Assembly (NCBI GenBank): GCA_001244265.2
Contig: CDLV01000007.1
Span: 1,674,001-1,738,000 of the forward strand
Source: Microbotryum violaceum
Taxonomy: Eukaryota
Direction of reading: 5' to 3'
Length of the DNA: 64,000 bases
The notes below the pieces were generated by a model, which saw only the letters and a list, made by a program, of their open reading frames with translations, searched no databases and was not told the origin of the DNA. Below are positions 26,319 to 39,465 of this stretch, piece after piece (position 1 is the first letter of the stretch; the number at the start of each line of letters is the position of its first letter). A program made the translations under genes and the position numbers.

Positions 26319-27040
26319 TCAGACGCCTCCGAGCTTGAGCCTCAGGGCCTTAACGCTCAGCCGAGGAGGTCCCAGGTGCGACTTTGGCGGCGTGGGCGGC
26401 CCACCTGGACGTGTTCCAGAGTAGTCGAGCTGCTGGTCATGGCGTTGTCGAGGATGCGGCTGGTTAGCGTCGGTCGGGGTGGAAGGCTGTGAGACGCTGC
26501 GCTGGCGAGGAAATTCGAGTCGACCGGCATTGCGCACCGCACGCAAGGCGTTATCGAACTCCCGAGCGCTCGGTTGCCCCCGACTTTCGACCGCACTCAA
26601 GGCTTGACCTGCCGACGCCGACCTTCCACCGGTGTGGATACTGAGCCCCTCTCGTTTCCCGACACCAAACCGGTTACCGAGCGTTCGGTTCTTCATCTTG
26701 GTCTCGATCGGTGGCTTGTAGTTGCCCGCTGGCTCGGCAGCTTGTGGCAGCTCTAGGGCCTGAGGCGGGGGTCGACCGTACATTGTCTCGACCGTGGCGC
26801 CAGTCATACGTAATCGATCGATCGCACGCTTGTCCCCATGCCCCGCGGCCTTTCGGAACCAGTCGATCGCTTCTCGAGCGTCCCTGTACGTACCAATTCC
26901 CATCTATGAGGCAACCCAGTTCCATCATCTGGAGCCAGCTTCTTTCCGTCTCGGAGGTTTGTTTCCGCCGCTATTCGTTACTTATCTCAGTAAAATACCC
27001 TACTGCGTATTCAGCCTTCGCGAGTCCAAAGCTGTCGCAG
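26319..27040 (-). pseudogene. 5'-truncated Sel1-repeat gene fragment (Skt5/Chs4 chitin synthase activator-like)
   Basis: GLAKAEYAVGYFTE | MGIGTYRDAREAIDWFRKAAGHGDKRAIDRL is the last Sel1 repeat. The donor site reads ATAAGT instead of GTAAGT. No room for upstream repeats before the MAPEG gene. Confidence 0.7.
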
Positions 27041-27061
27041 AAATGTTCTCAATTGGAAACC

Positions 27062-27180
27062 GATGATGACCACGACTCATTCCAATGAACAGGGACGAGA
27101 ACAGAGTTGAGGTAAGATTCCAAAGAGCTGACCTGATGATGACCACGACTCAGTCCAATGAACAGGGACGAGAACAGAGT
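27062..27180 (+). repeat. 46-bp direct repeat (two copies)
   Basis: GATGATGACCACGACTCA(T/G)TCCAATGAACAGGGACGAGAACAGAGT at 27062 and 27135. Confidence 0.9.
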
Positions 27181-27493
27181 GGCCAGAGACTAAGAGACAG
27201 ACTCGCGGATGGTCTTTTCGGCTTTTGCTGCAAGGATTTGACACGCCGGTTCAGGCTCGCGCGCACGGACCCTCTCTCCGCCGTGGATGCTATAATAGCT
27301 GTGCTTCCCACACACGCGGGCTCACGGGCGGTACTCGCAACCTATCTCGGAGTTCCCTGCCCCAGCCTGCCCCGGGATCTCATATCAGGACTCTTGCTCC
27401 AACCAAAATAGGCGCACTTTCCTCGTACACGGCTCCCATACAATTTCAGTCTGAATTTCTTCCTTGCAATTCAAAGGGTATTACTGCAAAAGC

Positions 27494-28131
27494 TCAGGCC
27501 AAGATGGCCTTGAAAGCGAGGTAGACACTCATGCCGAGCAGGCCGAGGAAGCCGATGCTGTGGAAAGCACCGTAGTACCTCTTGGCTGAGGAGGCGTAGA
27601 GAATGAGATAGATCACACGTCAGCTTAGACTGTTCCTCAATGCGACCAACAAGACAGAGAAGTGGACGAACAGGGATCGCCCGACGAGTACCCGATCGTG
27701 AAGATGACTCGACCAACGAGCCAGATGCTGCCCAAGGTGGCGGCCGCACGGGGATGGCTGAGGCCGACCTGAATCAGCGAGAAAAGGAAGAAGGGGATCG
27801 CCTCAAGCGTGTTGCCGTGGGCACGTTGCGTGCAATCTAGACGGGCGAAGGGGTGAATCGAGCGGGCGCATCAGTCATACGGAACGTCTCCATGGGCGTA
27901 GAAAAGTCGCCAACGAGCAAACTGACTGAAGGCTTTTGCCGCGGCGTTGCGTTCGGCCTCTTCGTTGCTGGCATACAGAGCCGGGTACTTGATACCCGCT
28001 AGCTTGCGAGCCTTGGAGACGAGGACGGACTGGTACACGTTCAGCAAGCCAGTGCACGCGCCGACGGCAATGACGTATTTGAAGTCATTGGGGATCAGGA
28101 GTTGGGTCAAAGCGGCAGACACTGCGGACAT
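27494..28131 (-). CDS. MAPEG-family microsomal glutathione S-transferase 3-like protein, 3 exons
   Basis: VSKARKLAGIKYPALYA, FNCTQRAHGNTLE and GRVIFTIGYSSGDPSKR; spliced frame is intact. Confidence 0.92.
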
Positions 28132-30150
28132 GAGAAGTGTAGCAAGAGGTCGGTTGTCATCAGCGTCGTACCTCGCAGCAGCCGTGACTAGGATGTGTAG
28201 TCGACCACGTGGGCCATCGGAGTAGTTCCGAGCCCACATGTGCGATACATCCCACGGATTCGCCGTGCCGAGTGCGGATAACACTGTCTTTCGAAAACAG
28301 TCTCTTCCACACTAGTTCTACTCCGACGACATAAGGTAGGGAGTCCAGGGAGTTTGATGACGTGGCCCTCCGGCATCCGCCGATCCTCCTCGAAGTAGTT
28401 GAGACGACTGAGCCATGATAGACTTACTGTTTCTGCAGAGCGGGGAAGAACCATCATGTCAGAAAAAGTTTGATATAGCGCTAACCCTTTAGCGTACGCA
28501 CATGAGTATGAATCGGAGTTGGGGTCACTGATGGAAGGGAAAGGAAGAAGTGAGTCGACGAGGCCTGGATGACGCTTCCACCGGCCAAAACGAAGCCAAA
28601 GCCCGAAGCCCGAAGCCCATAAATCTTTCAGAAAGTAATGGGGGTGAATTTCTCGCGGGTGGTTGCAGTGCGGCAGTGGGCCTACTGTGTAGGTAGGTGG
28701 TACTTGAGCTATCGACCCGGGGGATCATTGAGCTTCAGCACCCACCCTATGACATCAACATTTCGCTGCACCCATTCGAAGTGGTACCTGGCACCCCGGA
28801 CTCCCCCTGCCTCAGGAACTAAAGCAAGCCAACTGAAACTTAAGTTGCCGCCCCCACCCCACTCGGGTGCGAAACCGGTGGAGCCGAGCTGCCGTCACTG
28901 GCAGACGAGTACAGCCTTTGTCGTCCCTGCATACGTGTGCATACAGGTGCATGCATCATTTATGTGCCTCGTTCACACATCTGTGCACGATATCACACAG
29001 ATACTCACCCTCGTGCACGCTCAAAACGAATCGACCTCCCGCGATCTGCTTCGTTGAGAAATTCGCCCACCGCTGCCGAATGCACGGCCGACCAAGATGG
29101 AGAAGGGAAGCAGCGCGAGGACCACAACCCACGAGGACAGAACAGTGAAGGAGTCGACGATGACGAGTCAATGAGGGAAAGAAACTACCTGTGGGAGACA
29201 TGGCAGGAATTCGCACGGGGGCACTGAATCTGAAGGGCACGTGAGCCTCAAGCTCCGGTCGGCCAATGATCCTTTGGAGGAGTATAAGATGAAGTCGGAT
29301 TCAGCCCCTACTCGTATAAAACGCTTAATTATCTAATAAATACTCTAGCATACCAATACGCACGTGTGTACATTGATGCACAACGAGGCTGCGGGCTGCT
29401 CGCATCTCACATCCAAATTGCCGAGGCGTTTTGCTAATATAATGTTGTGCCTTGAATCCGGGCCAGGGGCCAGTGCAGTGGGTGTCACCTTAAATCGACG
29501 GTGAGGCAGGTACTTGACCTGGATATGACTGAGTACTTTCAACTCAACGGACAGAATGAGCAGGTATAAACCCCGCTCGCTATCAACCCCGCTCGCTGTC
29601 TCCGGACTAGTACTTTCCGACCCGGAGACTCATAAGCATGGTTGCCTCATCGCATCTGTCATCTGCGGTCCGGCCGGCCCGAAAAGTCACGTGCCTTGCA
29701 CTGCGGAGCTGACGACACTTCGAGTCTCGACGATGGCTTTGATGCATTGGCGGAAGCCATTACGCACACGCACATTGAACTAGTTGTTCCTAAATAATCT
29801 AGCACCCTGTATGCTGGATGGCTTGGGTAAGACTTGACACACCCCTTCCTCGTGTAGGATTCCACGTGATCGCACCGACTCGGAGGAGAGGATCTGACTT
29901 GCTTCGAACACCTCCCCGAATATTCGATTATGGATTACGTTGATGCCATCTCTTTTGAAGAGAGTAGAAGTGTTTTTCAAATGCTTGGACCCCGATACAC
30001 TTGACAAGCCGTCTCCCCAATCACCGTGCCATTAGCGAAGTTTCAAGAAGGGCCCGGAGTGTCGAGTCGCGCTACCTGTCGCTTTTATCACGCTCGTCTG
30101 CACTTGGACCGACGTCAGCATACGACGTCTCCTCTTGCTCATCCGGCGCC

Positions 30151-31840
30151 ATGTCGATCCACCCGCTTGCACACGGGGTAAGCCCCCTGGCCCTGTCCAA
30201 ACATGCCAAACAACCGCTACGAGTGATGACACCGTTTTCATTGGCCACGCCGGCTTTCCCTGCACTGGATCGACGGATCGCGCCGTATTCGAAGTGGTTA
30301 CTCCCGTATCGAGCGCTGCGATTGCTCTGGGTTGTCTTGCTCATCCCGATTCATGTGCTGCTATGCATCCTCGTCGGTCTAGGATGTCCGCTAGAGTCGG
30401 TGGTACCTACAGGTTTGTACCCCGTCACGCACAAGCACAGCTGGACGCTCCTGCAGTCGATCTTCTACCCCATCCTCAAGCGTTTGATCTGGTCCATCAC
30501 CGATGTCGGCGGAGCGCCCCGCTTCTCGGATGACGAAGCTCGCACGATCCCGCGATGGACCGTCTGGTTACTTCGGGTCGTCTACCCCGGCTCCGAATAC
30601 GTCGTCGTCCACGTCGAAGATGCCGAGCCTTCTAATGAAGGTGCTCTCGGATTGAACGTCGAGCTTGTGGATGCATCAACCTCGATCTACTACCGAGGCG
30701 AAGCTTATGACCCCAGCGGCGTCATTTTGCCGAGCTCGGTCCCCCTGTTCTGGTTCGAACAGCCGCGGCAGGAGCAGAAGAGTCACATCGCAGGAAGACG
30801 CGCTGGTCCTCGGGAAAGAGTCGTGCTTTACTTTGTGGGAGGTGGATATTCGTATGGTATGTTGCGTCCGAGTACGTGGAGGGCGGTTGTGTTCACGACG
30901 CTAACTTGAGGCTGCTAAATTCTCAGGCTCGCCGATCGAAGGCAATCGGTGCTACACCATCGCCCAAAGAACTGGTCTCAGAGTGGTTGGTATGTCATAG
31001 TCCAGGTTGGCGGGATTTTTTAATTCCGTCTCGGGGCTCTAATCGACTCTCTGTGCTACAGGCGCCAACTATCGCAAAGCCGTCCGACCGGAAACGGCTT
31101 TCCCAGCCGCGCTCCAGGATGCGATCACGGCTTACAAGCATCTCCTCGATCTTGGTTTCAAAGACATCGTGCTTGCTGGTGATAGCGCTGGAGGTGGACT
31201 CGCGATAACGCTTCTCCTCTACTTTTGCAAGACGCTCGTCCGCTCGCCAAGCCACCCGGCCTCGTTCATCTTGCCGACGGGCATGTTCCTCTACTCCCCA
31301 TGGGTCGATCTCACGTTGCGCAATCACCGCAAATTGCACACCCGGTTGGCAGACGACATCCTCAGTCAAGGTCAGATCTCGAACGCGGCGACGTCTTATC
31401 TTGTCAATACGGTCGAAAAGGGCAAGTCCGAGGATCCGAATAGCGTATACAACTTGGGGGCTCGACACCCCTTCGTCTCGCCTGCGTTGCCTTCGTCGCT
31501 CCCGACCCTCGAGTACATCGGCAAAGCCTACGCTCATCGACCCGAACTGAGGATACTTATATTCTCTGGTCAGTCTAACGGATTGAGCAGTGCGCCGTAC
31601 TCCGTTTTCTCCAGTGACTGATTTAGGTGTATCGTATTTTTAGGCGGCGCCGAATGTTTGACTCCCGAGATCCACGCATTGGTGTGGCTGCTCCGCAAGG
31701 TCAAGCATGGGATAAAGCTCACCGTCGTGGAAGAGAAGAACGAGGTGCATTGCTACCCGTTGATGCCGTTATGGCTCTCGCCGGCCGCCGAGCGGGCACT
31801 GCAAATGGTCGAGGCGTTCTTGCTGGACAAGGCGTGGTGA
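30151..31840 (+). CDS. HSL-family alpha/beta hydrolase (Abhydrolase_3 lipase/esterase), multi-exon
   Basis: VVLYFVGGGY, ANYRK, FPAALQDA, LAGDSAGGGL, YSPWVDL, HPFVSP and EVHCYP; N-terminal hydrophobic segment. Confidence 0.88.
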
Positions 31841-32151
31841 TGAAAATTTGCATGCATGTATATACGTCTTGTTTGCCGATCTTACCTCCGTATTTAGCAT
31901 TTGGTTGCCTGATTATCTCATATACGAAGATTTTGCAAATAGTATGAACCTATGTTTTGACTTGACTAACTGAAGTGCCCTCAAATCTCGCCGAGGGAGT
32001 GATCGATGTTGCATGTGAGAATGTGGTGGCGCCGCCGTGGCGGGCTTGCCTGGGCTTGCCGTGCCCGCGATCGATCTGATTGACCAGCGGCAATGAAGGC
32101 ATCAATAGCCGATCGCCACGATCGCCATGACAAGCATGGCTAGCACGGCTA

Positions 32152-35100
32152 CACAAGCGCGCGCGAAACTTATGGCGGTCCGAAGAAATTAGTGCGGCCC
32201 CGGTATGGCGAGCGCCTGTATGGCAGGTGTAAAATACTTGGCAGGTTTTATTTACTAATGCCGTAAGGCGCGTCACCTACGGAAATCGTCAGGCCGCGTC
32301 CCCTACGGAAACCGCCAGGGTTACGGCCTCACGGTTTCCGTAGGGGACGCGCCTTACGGCACCCGTAGATCCCGGCCCTACGGAATCTCTATGGTTACCA
32401 TACAAAAGCCGCAAGTCCCAAGTACGCTAGCCATGTAAAAACCTTATGGCATCCCTGAACTGGGTCTATGAACGAGCCATAGAGATTCTTTAAAGCGTTA
32501 TAGGGTTGTTGACCTCGATCATATATACACTGGATACCTCTGTAACAAGCAACATTAACATATAGCCCAGAACAAATGCCCAACCTAGCAAGCGCAGATC
32601 CTCACGTCCTCGGGCCCCGCCCGCCCGCAAGCTCGTCGACGACCCACCGATTCCCGACCAACCTGCTACGGGCTCTAGTCCCCAATCTTCTTCTTCTTCT
32701 TTTTGGACTTTGGATTTTGAGCGGCCTCTTTGTCGGCTTGGAGACAACCCTATGTCAAACCGCAACCAATGTCCTATCAGTGTCGAATCAAATAGTGCGT
32801 CGAACGAGGACAACTCACCTCCACCAACGAGGCAAAGCTGATCTCGTGATCGGGGTTTTCAACAACTTCCAAACAGGAGATCTGCATTAAATTTGACGAC
32901 GTCCGGGTTGCGATGTCTTGATTCCATCATGACGAGGCATGACCGGAGCAAGTCGATCCGTCAGAAAACTATCGCTCGCGACGAGCGGGGGTGCGCAGCG
33001 TCAGTTCATTCGACCTGCGAATGCATGTCCCCAATTGACCTGCGACTCACCGTTGATGGTCAAATTCAAGGCCGTGCTTGTACTCGCCCTCAAGGTATGC
33101 GTCGACCGCCATTTCCGCGAGGGTAGAGGAAACGCGATTCACCTTTTCGGCAAAGGTGTTCGACCTGGACCCGGGCACGTTGGCCGTTTTGTGAGATTCA
33201 TTCCCCGTAAGATCGGCCTCGACCGCTGCTTTGCGGTCGGGCTGCTTGACGGCTTGCCACTGAGATATGAAGCAAAAGTGAGGGGTTAAGCTGAAATCTA
33301 GGGTTGAGGGCGTGTCACCCAAACACGTACCAACACGCGCCACCAGCACATATGCTCGTCAGTGATTGTGACTTCGAGGTTTTTGTACCACGACTTCATT
33401 GTTGTTCCCAACACTAAAGAGTCGCTCTGGGCGCGCTTAATCTGAGCGCGAGCCGACGGTCAGAAGGCGTGGCGCAGCGGCGTGCAAGGCTGATGTCAAT
33501 AGGCAGGCCCGGACGTGGACACCACGCCGCTTACATGATCTTCGAGTTCAGATCGGCCTTGCATTAGCGCACTCGGAAGGTGGCGCATTAGAGCCTTGTA
33601 GAAAGCTCGATGCTTGACGTCGCTTTCTGATACCAAACCGTCCTTGCGTAGAGCAGCCTACAATTGGTGCAGCCTGAGTCAGTGAACAGCCCAGCACAGC
33701 ACGCGAGAACATAGTTCACCTACCGCGAACATAGGAGCAGCACCGTGGTGCTTGCAGAGGAATGGCGTGGAGACGAAGATCTCGGCAGCTGACCCCACAT
33801 CGGACTGGCACAGTCATAAACACAGCTTGATGAGTAGGAGCTTATGGGCGAGACCGAAAGAACATCCACCAACCTTGATGTGGTCCAGAGAGGGAGCGGT
33901 GAGCACGTCGATCAGTCGGGGGAGCACGTTAATCAGTGGGGCAAGCTGAGCTTCCAAATGATCCAATCGAGCGCTGATTGTCGCGGCAAGGACAGACAGG
34001 CCATCTGGGCCACCTTGCGCGTCCGGAGGCTGTGGGTGTTTGTGGTGAGTGCAGTCAGCGGAGTGGGGCACGACGCGGGGGCGCATCTGCACCAGCTCAC
34101 GTTGCTCGGGCCGTCGAAATATGGCGTAGAGTACTGGGTTTAGAATGCATGACCTGGTTGGGTTATGCGCGGTGGTCAGCGTGTCACCAGGATGTTTCGG
34201 CTGACGTCATTGCAGGGGTGCAACGTACTTCGAAAGTCTTGTCCTCTGTTCCCCAGTGTCCGAAACAGCCAAGGACATATCGGTGCGCTGACGCTTGCGC
34301 GGCTTGTCGCCCATCGCCCACGTCACCGTCGTCGTCGTCGTCGTCATCGCCGTCAGTTAGCTGTCCAGATTGGCAACGATACCTTATCAGCACCCATAAC
34401 TCCTCGACCAGGGGACGCGGGACGCGGGCACGAACGAAGAAAGCGTCCTGGACTTCGGCCTTTGATTCGGACTTCAGGGTGGTGAAATTTTGGAGTTGGT
34501 TTAAGCTAGGGTGACGCGGAAGCCGGACAAGCAGGTTCAGTACTCACTCGGGCTGGTCGCTTGTCGTTGCGGCGAGGTGTGGTTGGGGCTTGATGCGATT
34601 TAGCTGACGTCGTCGAGCTCTGCGGATTGGACAGACGTGGGAGTGCCATGCATCAGCTCGAACCCGGCGAAAGATGAGTGTCTGCTTCTCCTCCCAAGCC
34701 TTACGTGAGAATCCAAGGTGGCAAGCGCCGCAGTTGTCGACGCCGGATGGTCGTGTCGTTCGTCACTAGTCAATGACTGCACATGCGGCATCTAGGGACC
34801 GCAGTAGCTGAGGCTGGGCCGACGTCGCGTCGGCAGCGGTGAGTTGCAGCACATACCTGTGACTCGTGAAGCGCCTTGGGCAAATGGAGGTGGGTGGGTC
34901 CCGAATGAGGGTCGTCGGCGGGGCCTGGCGACACGACGACCCTCGACGCAGCAGTCGTGGACGTCAAGGGTTTGGCGGTGTGGTCTGACGCCCGAGCGTG
35001 ACGCGCCCGATCAAGCTCGAACCTGAAGGAGCAGTGGAGTGAGCGGGTCATGGAGTCGACGCATGAAGCGGGTCAGGGCGAGCCATGTCGGCGATGATGG

Positions 35101-36119
35101 TAACACAGGGCTGCTCCTGCTTGGCGACATGTGGTGGCCGGGAGCCAAGGTCAGCGCCACGTCTCGCGCGGTCTGACCGAGGGCGGGACGCAAAAGGACG
35201 CACTTGGGACGCTGGACGATCTGAACACTGAAACTGCGCCTCAAACAATACCCACCACGGTCGAGAACATCTTCGGACGCCTTTGTTCGAGGAGACATGA
35301 CGTGGCTGTCCCGTTTGTGGGCAAAGTGGTTGTCCACTTATTCTGGGGCGGGGCGAGGGAGAGAGGGTGGGGCCCCCCATGCTTCTCAGTCGGGTCCTCG
35401 CGCGCTCAGCGCTCTGAGCGCTGGGGATCTCAGATCTCAGACCTCTGCTCCGAGACTCTCACCGGCGCACGCCAGCCTGCTGAGCAGACTTCAGCTGGCC
35501 GCGTGAGGGTGCAGTCTCGACTTATGGCACTGACTCGCTATTGATTACTCGCTGCCTCAGCTGGTACAAATGGACTTTGGACTCTATAAAGCGCGAGCCC
35601 TGAAATGTTTCAGCGACCGTGGGATACACTCTCTGCATCGATATGGCTCGGAACAGCGACCGCTCGCGACGTCACGTGCCACTTTTCGGATGCAGTGACA
35701 CGCAATTTCCCTATCGGGACAAAACTAATGCTACCATACACCAGGTGGAATAAACCCATACGGCCTACCTCCAGGTTCCGTACACGTAAAACATTACCGA
35801 TCCCGTCTCTTGTGCACTTTAGTGCTCACTTACGTCTCATTGCCGAATGCAATAAGGGTTGAATCTTTACCGCGGCCGCAAAGGCCGTTTTTACGCTAGC
35901 TGTACCGCACGCGTAGGGTCACCGCAAACCGGCGCCCCTACGGACCTGATAACCTAATGTCCATACGGATACTAGAACGACCCCCTAAGGCAGCCATAAA
36001 AAAGCTTTGCTCTTACAGGAGCTCTATAAAACCGCCTTACCTAAATTGCAACACCTCCGTAGAGAAGACATACGGCGGGTCCTGCCACAGGAAATCCATA
36101 ACGTTCGCGCGCGCATGTG
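32152..36119. mobile_element. Element E copy 1: 3.97-kb TIR element flanked by TA
   Basis: TA|CACAAGCGCGCGCGAAACTTATGG ... CCATAACGTTCGCGCGCGCATGTG|TA; many subterminal TACGG/CCGTA motifs; near-identical to 42322-46291. Confidence 0.93.
32560..35320 (-). CDS. Element E cargo gene, multi-exon hypothetical protein (also in copy 2 at +10170-10172)
   Basis: Minus-strand exon-like segments (LSVLAATISARLDHLEAQL; AALRKDGLVSESDVKHRAFYKALMRHL; FAEKVNRVSSTLAEMAVDAYLEGEY) bounded by GT/AG; ends approximate. Confidence 0.45.
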
Positions 36120-36293
36120 TAACTCGCCCGCGCGGGGAGCTCACTTGGCTGGGTTAACGGACCTGCCGATCTGGCCCCAAGTCAAAATTCGACGACGACC
36201 AGCTGGAGCGTCCCCTTACCCACTTTTGTCATCTCATTCCACGCTCCGAACAACACACCGCTTTCCGACTCAACCCTCGACCCCGCTCTGGCC

Positions 36294-38908
36294 ATGTTGA
36301 GACAGACCTTGACACGACGCGTCGCCTCGGCGTTGCCCTCGTCGACTAGTGCTGCGTCGGCGTCCATGTCGGTGCGAGCTACGGTAGCGCGGAGGAGCCA
36401 GACCGTTCGCGCGTTGGCCACTGCATCCGCTAAAACCGAAGCTCAGGTCGAGGCGTGAGTAGAATGTTTGACTCTACAATTCTACAATTCACTCAGTCCA
36501 GGTTGCCTACACGGACGGGACGTCGCGAGGGAAGGAGGGAGGGCCACATCTTGTGCCAGTGGCGTAGCGCGTTAGGCGGTCGGGGCTTTTCCTGGCCCAC
36601 TCCCCAGCACACCATTCGCACATTGGCGTACAGATGTCGACCTGTTGCATCCGCAAAACTAACGCGAATTGGAAATTTTGGAAAGGGAAGATGTACGATG
36701 ACTTTGGCGGGAACTCACACCAAACCGGCTCCGAGCGTTCCGCCAGCCTATAGGCCATTCGCACGCCAAGAACGAGCTTCGATAGCGGACTGCTTGCTGA
36801 TCACCTCCGCTTTTCCTGATCCTCAGACGAGCGCAACCGGCACCGACATTCCAACAACCGCCACCCCCGGTGTACCGACACCCGAACCCCAATCACCCCT
36901 CGACCGACCTTCCTCCCCAATGACCTCGATCGATCCTTCATCGGACTCTCCGGCGGTCAGATCTTCCACGAGATGATGCTCCGGCACGGCGTCGAAAAGG
37001 TGTTTGGCTACCCCGGTGGTGCCATCCTGCCCGTATTCGATGCCATCTACGACTCTCCTCACTTTGATTTTATTCTCCCTCGACACGAGCAAGGCGCCGG
37101 TCACATGGCCGAAGGTTACGCCCGTGTCAGTGGCAAGCCCGGTGTCGTGCTCGTCACATCCGGCCCCGGAGCGACGAACGTCATCACACCGATGCAGGAC
37201 GCTCTCTCCGACGGTACCCCTCTTGTTGTCTTTTGCGGTCAAGTTGCCACTTCGGCGATCGGCTCCGATGCTTTCCAAGAAGCCGATGTGGTCGGTATCT
37301 CGCGATCGTGCACAAAATGGAACGTCATGGTCAAGGATATTGCCGAACTTCCCCGAAGGATCAACGAGGCCTTCAAGATCGCTACCTCGGGTCGACCAGG
37401 CCCTGTACTCGTCGATTTGCCCAAGGACGTGACCGCGAGCATCCTCCGCAAGGCGATTCCGCACAAGTTCACTCACCCCGAGTTGGTCGAGTCCGGTTTG
37501 CCCTCGCGCCAGCGCGCGCACTCGGCGACGTCCCAAGTCGGTGGCGAGTCGACCCCCATCTCGGATGCGCTCATCCAACAGGCCGCTACGCTCATCTCCA
37601 ATGCCAAGAGACCCCTCATCTACGCCGGTCAGGGCATGCTCTCGACACCTGAGGGTCCCGAGTTGCTGCGCCGTCTGTCGGCCGAGGGCAACATCCCGTC
37701 ACGACGACCTTGATGGGTCTCGGTGCGTTCGATGAGAACAACGAGACGCACAGTCTGCACATGCTCGGTATGCACGGTTCGGCCTACGCCAACTTGGCGA
37801 TGCAAAGCGCCGACGTCGTCATTGCCCTCGGAGCTCGATTCGATGATCGTGTCACGGGCAAGATTGACACATTCGCCCCGACCGCCAAGGCAGCCGCTGC
37901 GCAGGGTCGAGGTGGTATCATCCACTTTGAGATCCAGCCCAAGAACGTCAACAAGGTCATCAACGCCAACGTCGCCATTACTGGTGATGTGCTCGATTCG
38001 CTGAACGCCCTGTTGCCCCTCCTCCCCGAGAAGCCGCTCGAGCGCAAGGAGTGGTTCGACCAAATCGCCGAGTGGAAGCGGGATTTTCCCTTCACGTACA
38101 TGCCGTCTAAGAAAGGCGAGTTGATGAAGCCGCAAGAGGTCGTCGAGGCGTTGAATGACTGGTGCGAGGCCCATGGCAAGGAGGACGTCATCGTCGCAAC
38201 TGGTGTTGGACAACATCAGATGTGGGCCTGCCAGCACTACCGATGGACTCAGCCGCGCAGCTGGGTCTCGTCCGGTGGTTTGGGAACGATGGGTTACGGC
38301 TTGCCCTCGGCGATCGGTGCCAAGGTCGCCGCACCGAAGAAGAAGGTCGTTGACGTCGATGGTGATGCTTCGTTCTCAATGACAGCGATGGAGTTGGCCA
38401 CGGCTTCGGCGTACAACATTGGTGTCAAGGTGTTGGTGCTCAACAACGAGTTCCAAGGAATGGTCTTGCAATGGCAGGGTGAGTTGTCGTGAGCCCTGGA
38501 GACGTTGGAGATGTCGTCTTCAGCAATACTGATCGTTGGAGTTCGTTGCCCACAGATCTGTTCTACGAAAAGCGATATGCGCACACGCAGATGATCAACC
38601 CAGACTTCTGCAAGCTCGCCGAGTCGATGCGCGTCAAGTCCATCTTCTGCGACAACATTGAGGACCTACCGGCCAAGATGAAGGAGTTTATGGAGTATGA
38701 CAACGACAAGCCCGTCCTCTTCGAGGCTCGCGTCGTCAAGAACGAGCATGTGTACCCGATGGTCGTTGCTGGACGGGCTTTGCACGAGATGGTCACTCAC
38801 CCTAGCTTGGTCAGTACTTGTTTGACCCAGGGTGTCCACTGTCTTATTTTGATGTTCACCTTCGAGTCAATGCTCCATCGACAGAAACCCCTCCCCAAGT
38901 TTCAATAA
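36294..38908 (+). CDS. ILV2: Acetolactate synthase catalytic subunit, mitochondrial (two apparent 1-nt indels)
   Basis: FGYPGGAILP, PRHEQGAGHMAEGYAR, TSGPGATN, GARFDDRVTG, TGVGQHQMW and GDASFSM...NN (TPP motif). Frame breaks in C-runs near 36918 and 37696. Confidence 0.96.
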
Positions 38909-39465
38909 GCGGATTCTCGGTGTTCTCAACCTCGAACCAATTTTGCTCTCTGGTTGGAACCATGTTTTTCTCGATGCTTATCTCTTCTGTAAGGGTTCTC
39001 CTCTCGGTGTCTGTGTGTTTCTTTCCCTTCTAAGGGATGTCTCGGATGTATTGTAAAGTGCGTATGCGTTCATTTTCACGATCGCAAAGCTGCCATGGAA
39101 GATATGACGTCACGTGACAACTTTTCCCGTCGCACGCTGAGTAGTCAATCCCATCGGAAAGACGCTTGTCTAGGTAGTGGAAGCAATGACCCTCCGAACG
39201 ACGTGGTTGGTCTCCCAGCCCTTTGCTCTGCAGAGACCATTCCACACCGGGCGATCCCCGAGACCTTGCAAGCCAAACCTGCGCCCGGGCCAGCGCGGCC
39301 CGGTTATTTGACGGAGCGTGACCTCGTGCAACCGAATGTCGATCGGCGTGCGGGCGGACTCTTCCTCGCGCACATCCGGAATATTTTTAATCCTCTCTTT
39401 CCTCTGGCTCGTTTCTTCTTATCCGTGGCTCTCGTATCTTTCGGACAAGCAAGAAGCAAACCATC

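Noticed and set aside
28450-30000. Possible solo LTR or small genes between MAPEG and the hydrolase
   Set aside because: No TSD, second copy or recognisable protein motif.
36823-38237. Long antisense ORFs over ILV2 (and similarly over MAP1 and MED16)
   Set aside because: Shadow ORFs caused by biased codon usage of the real genes.
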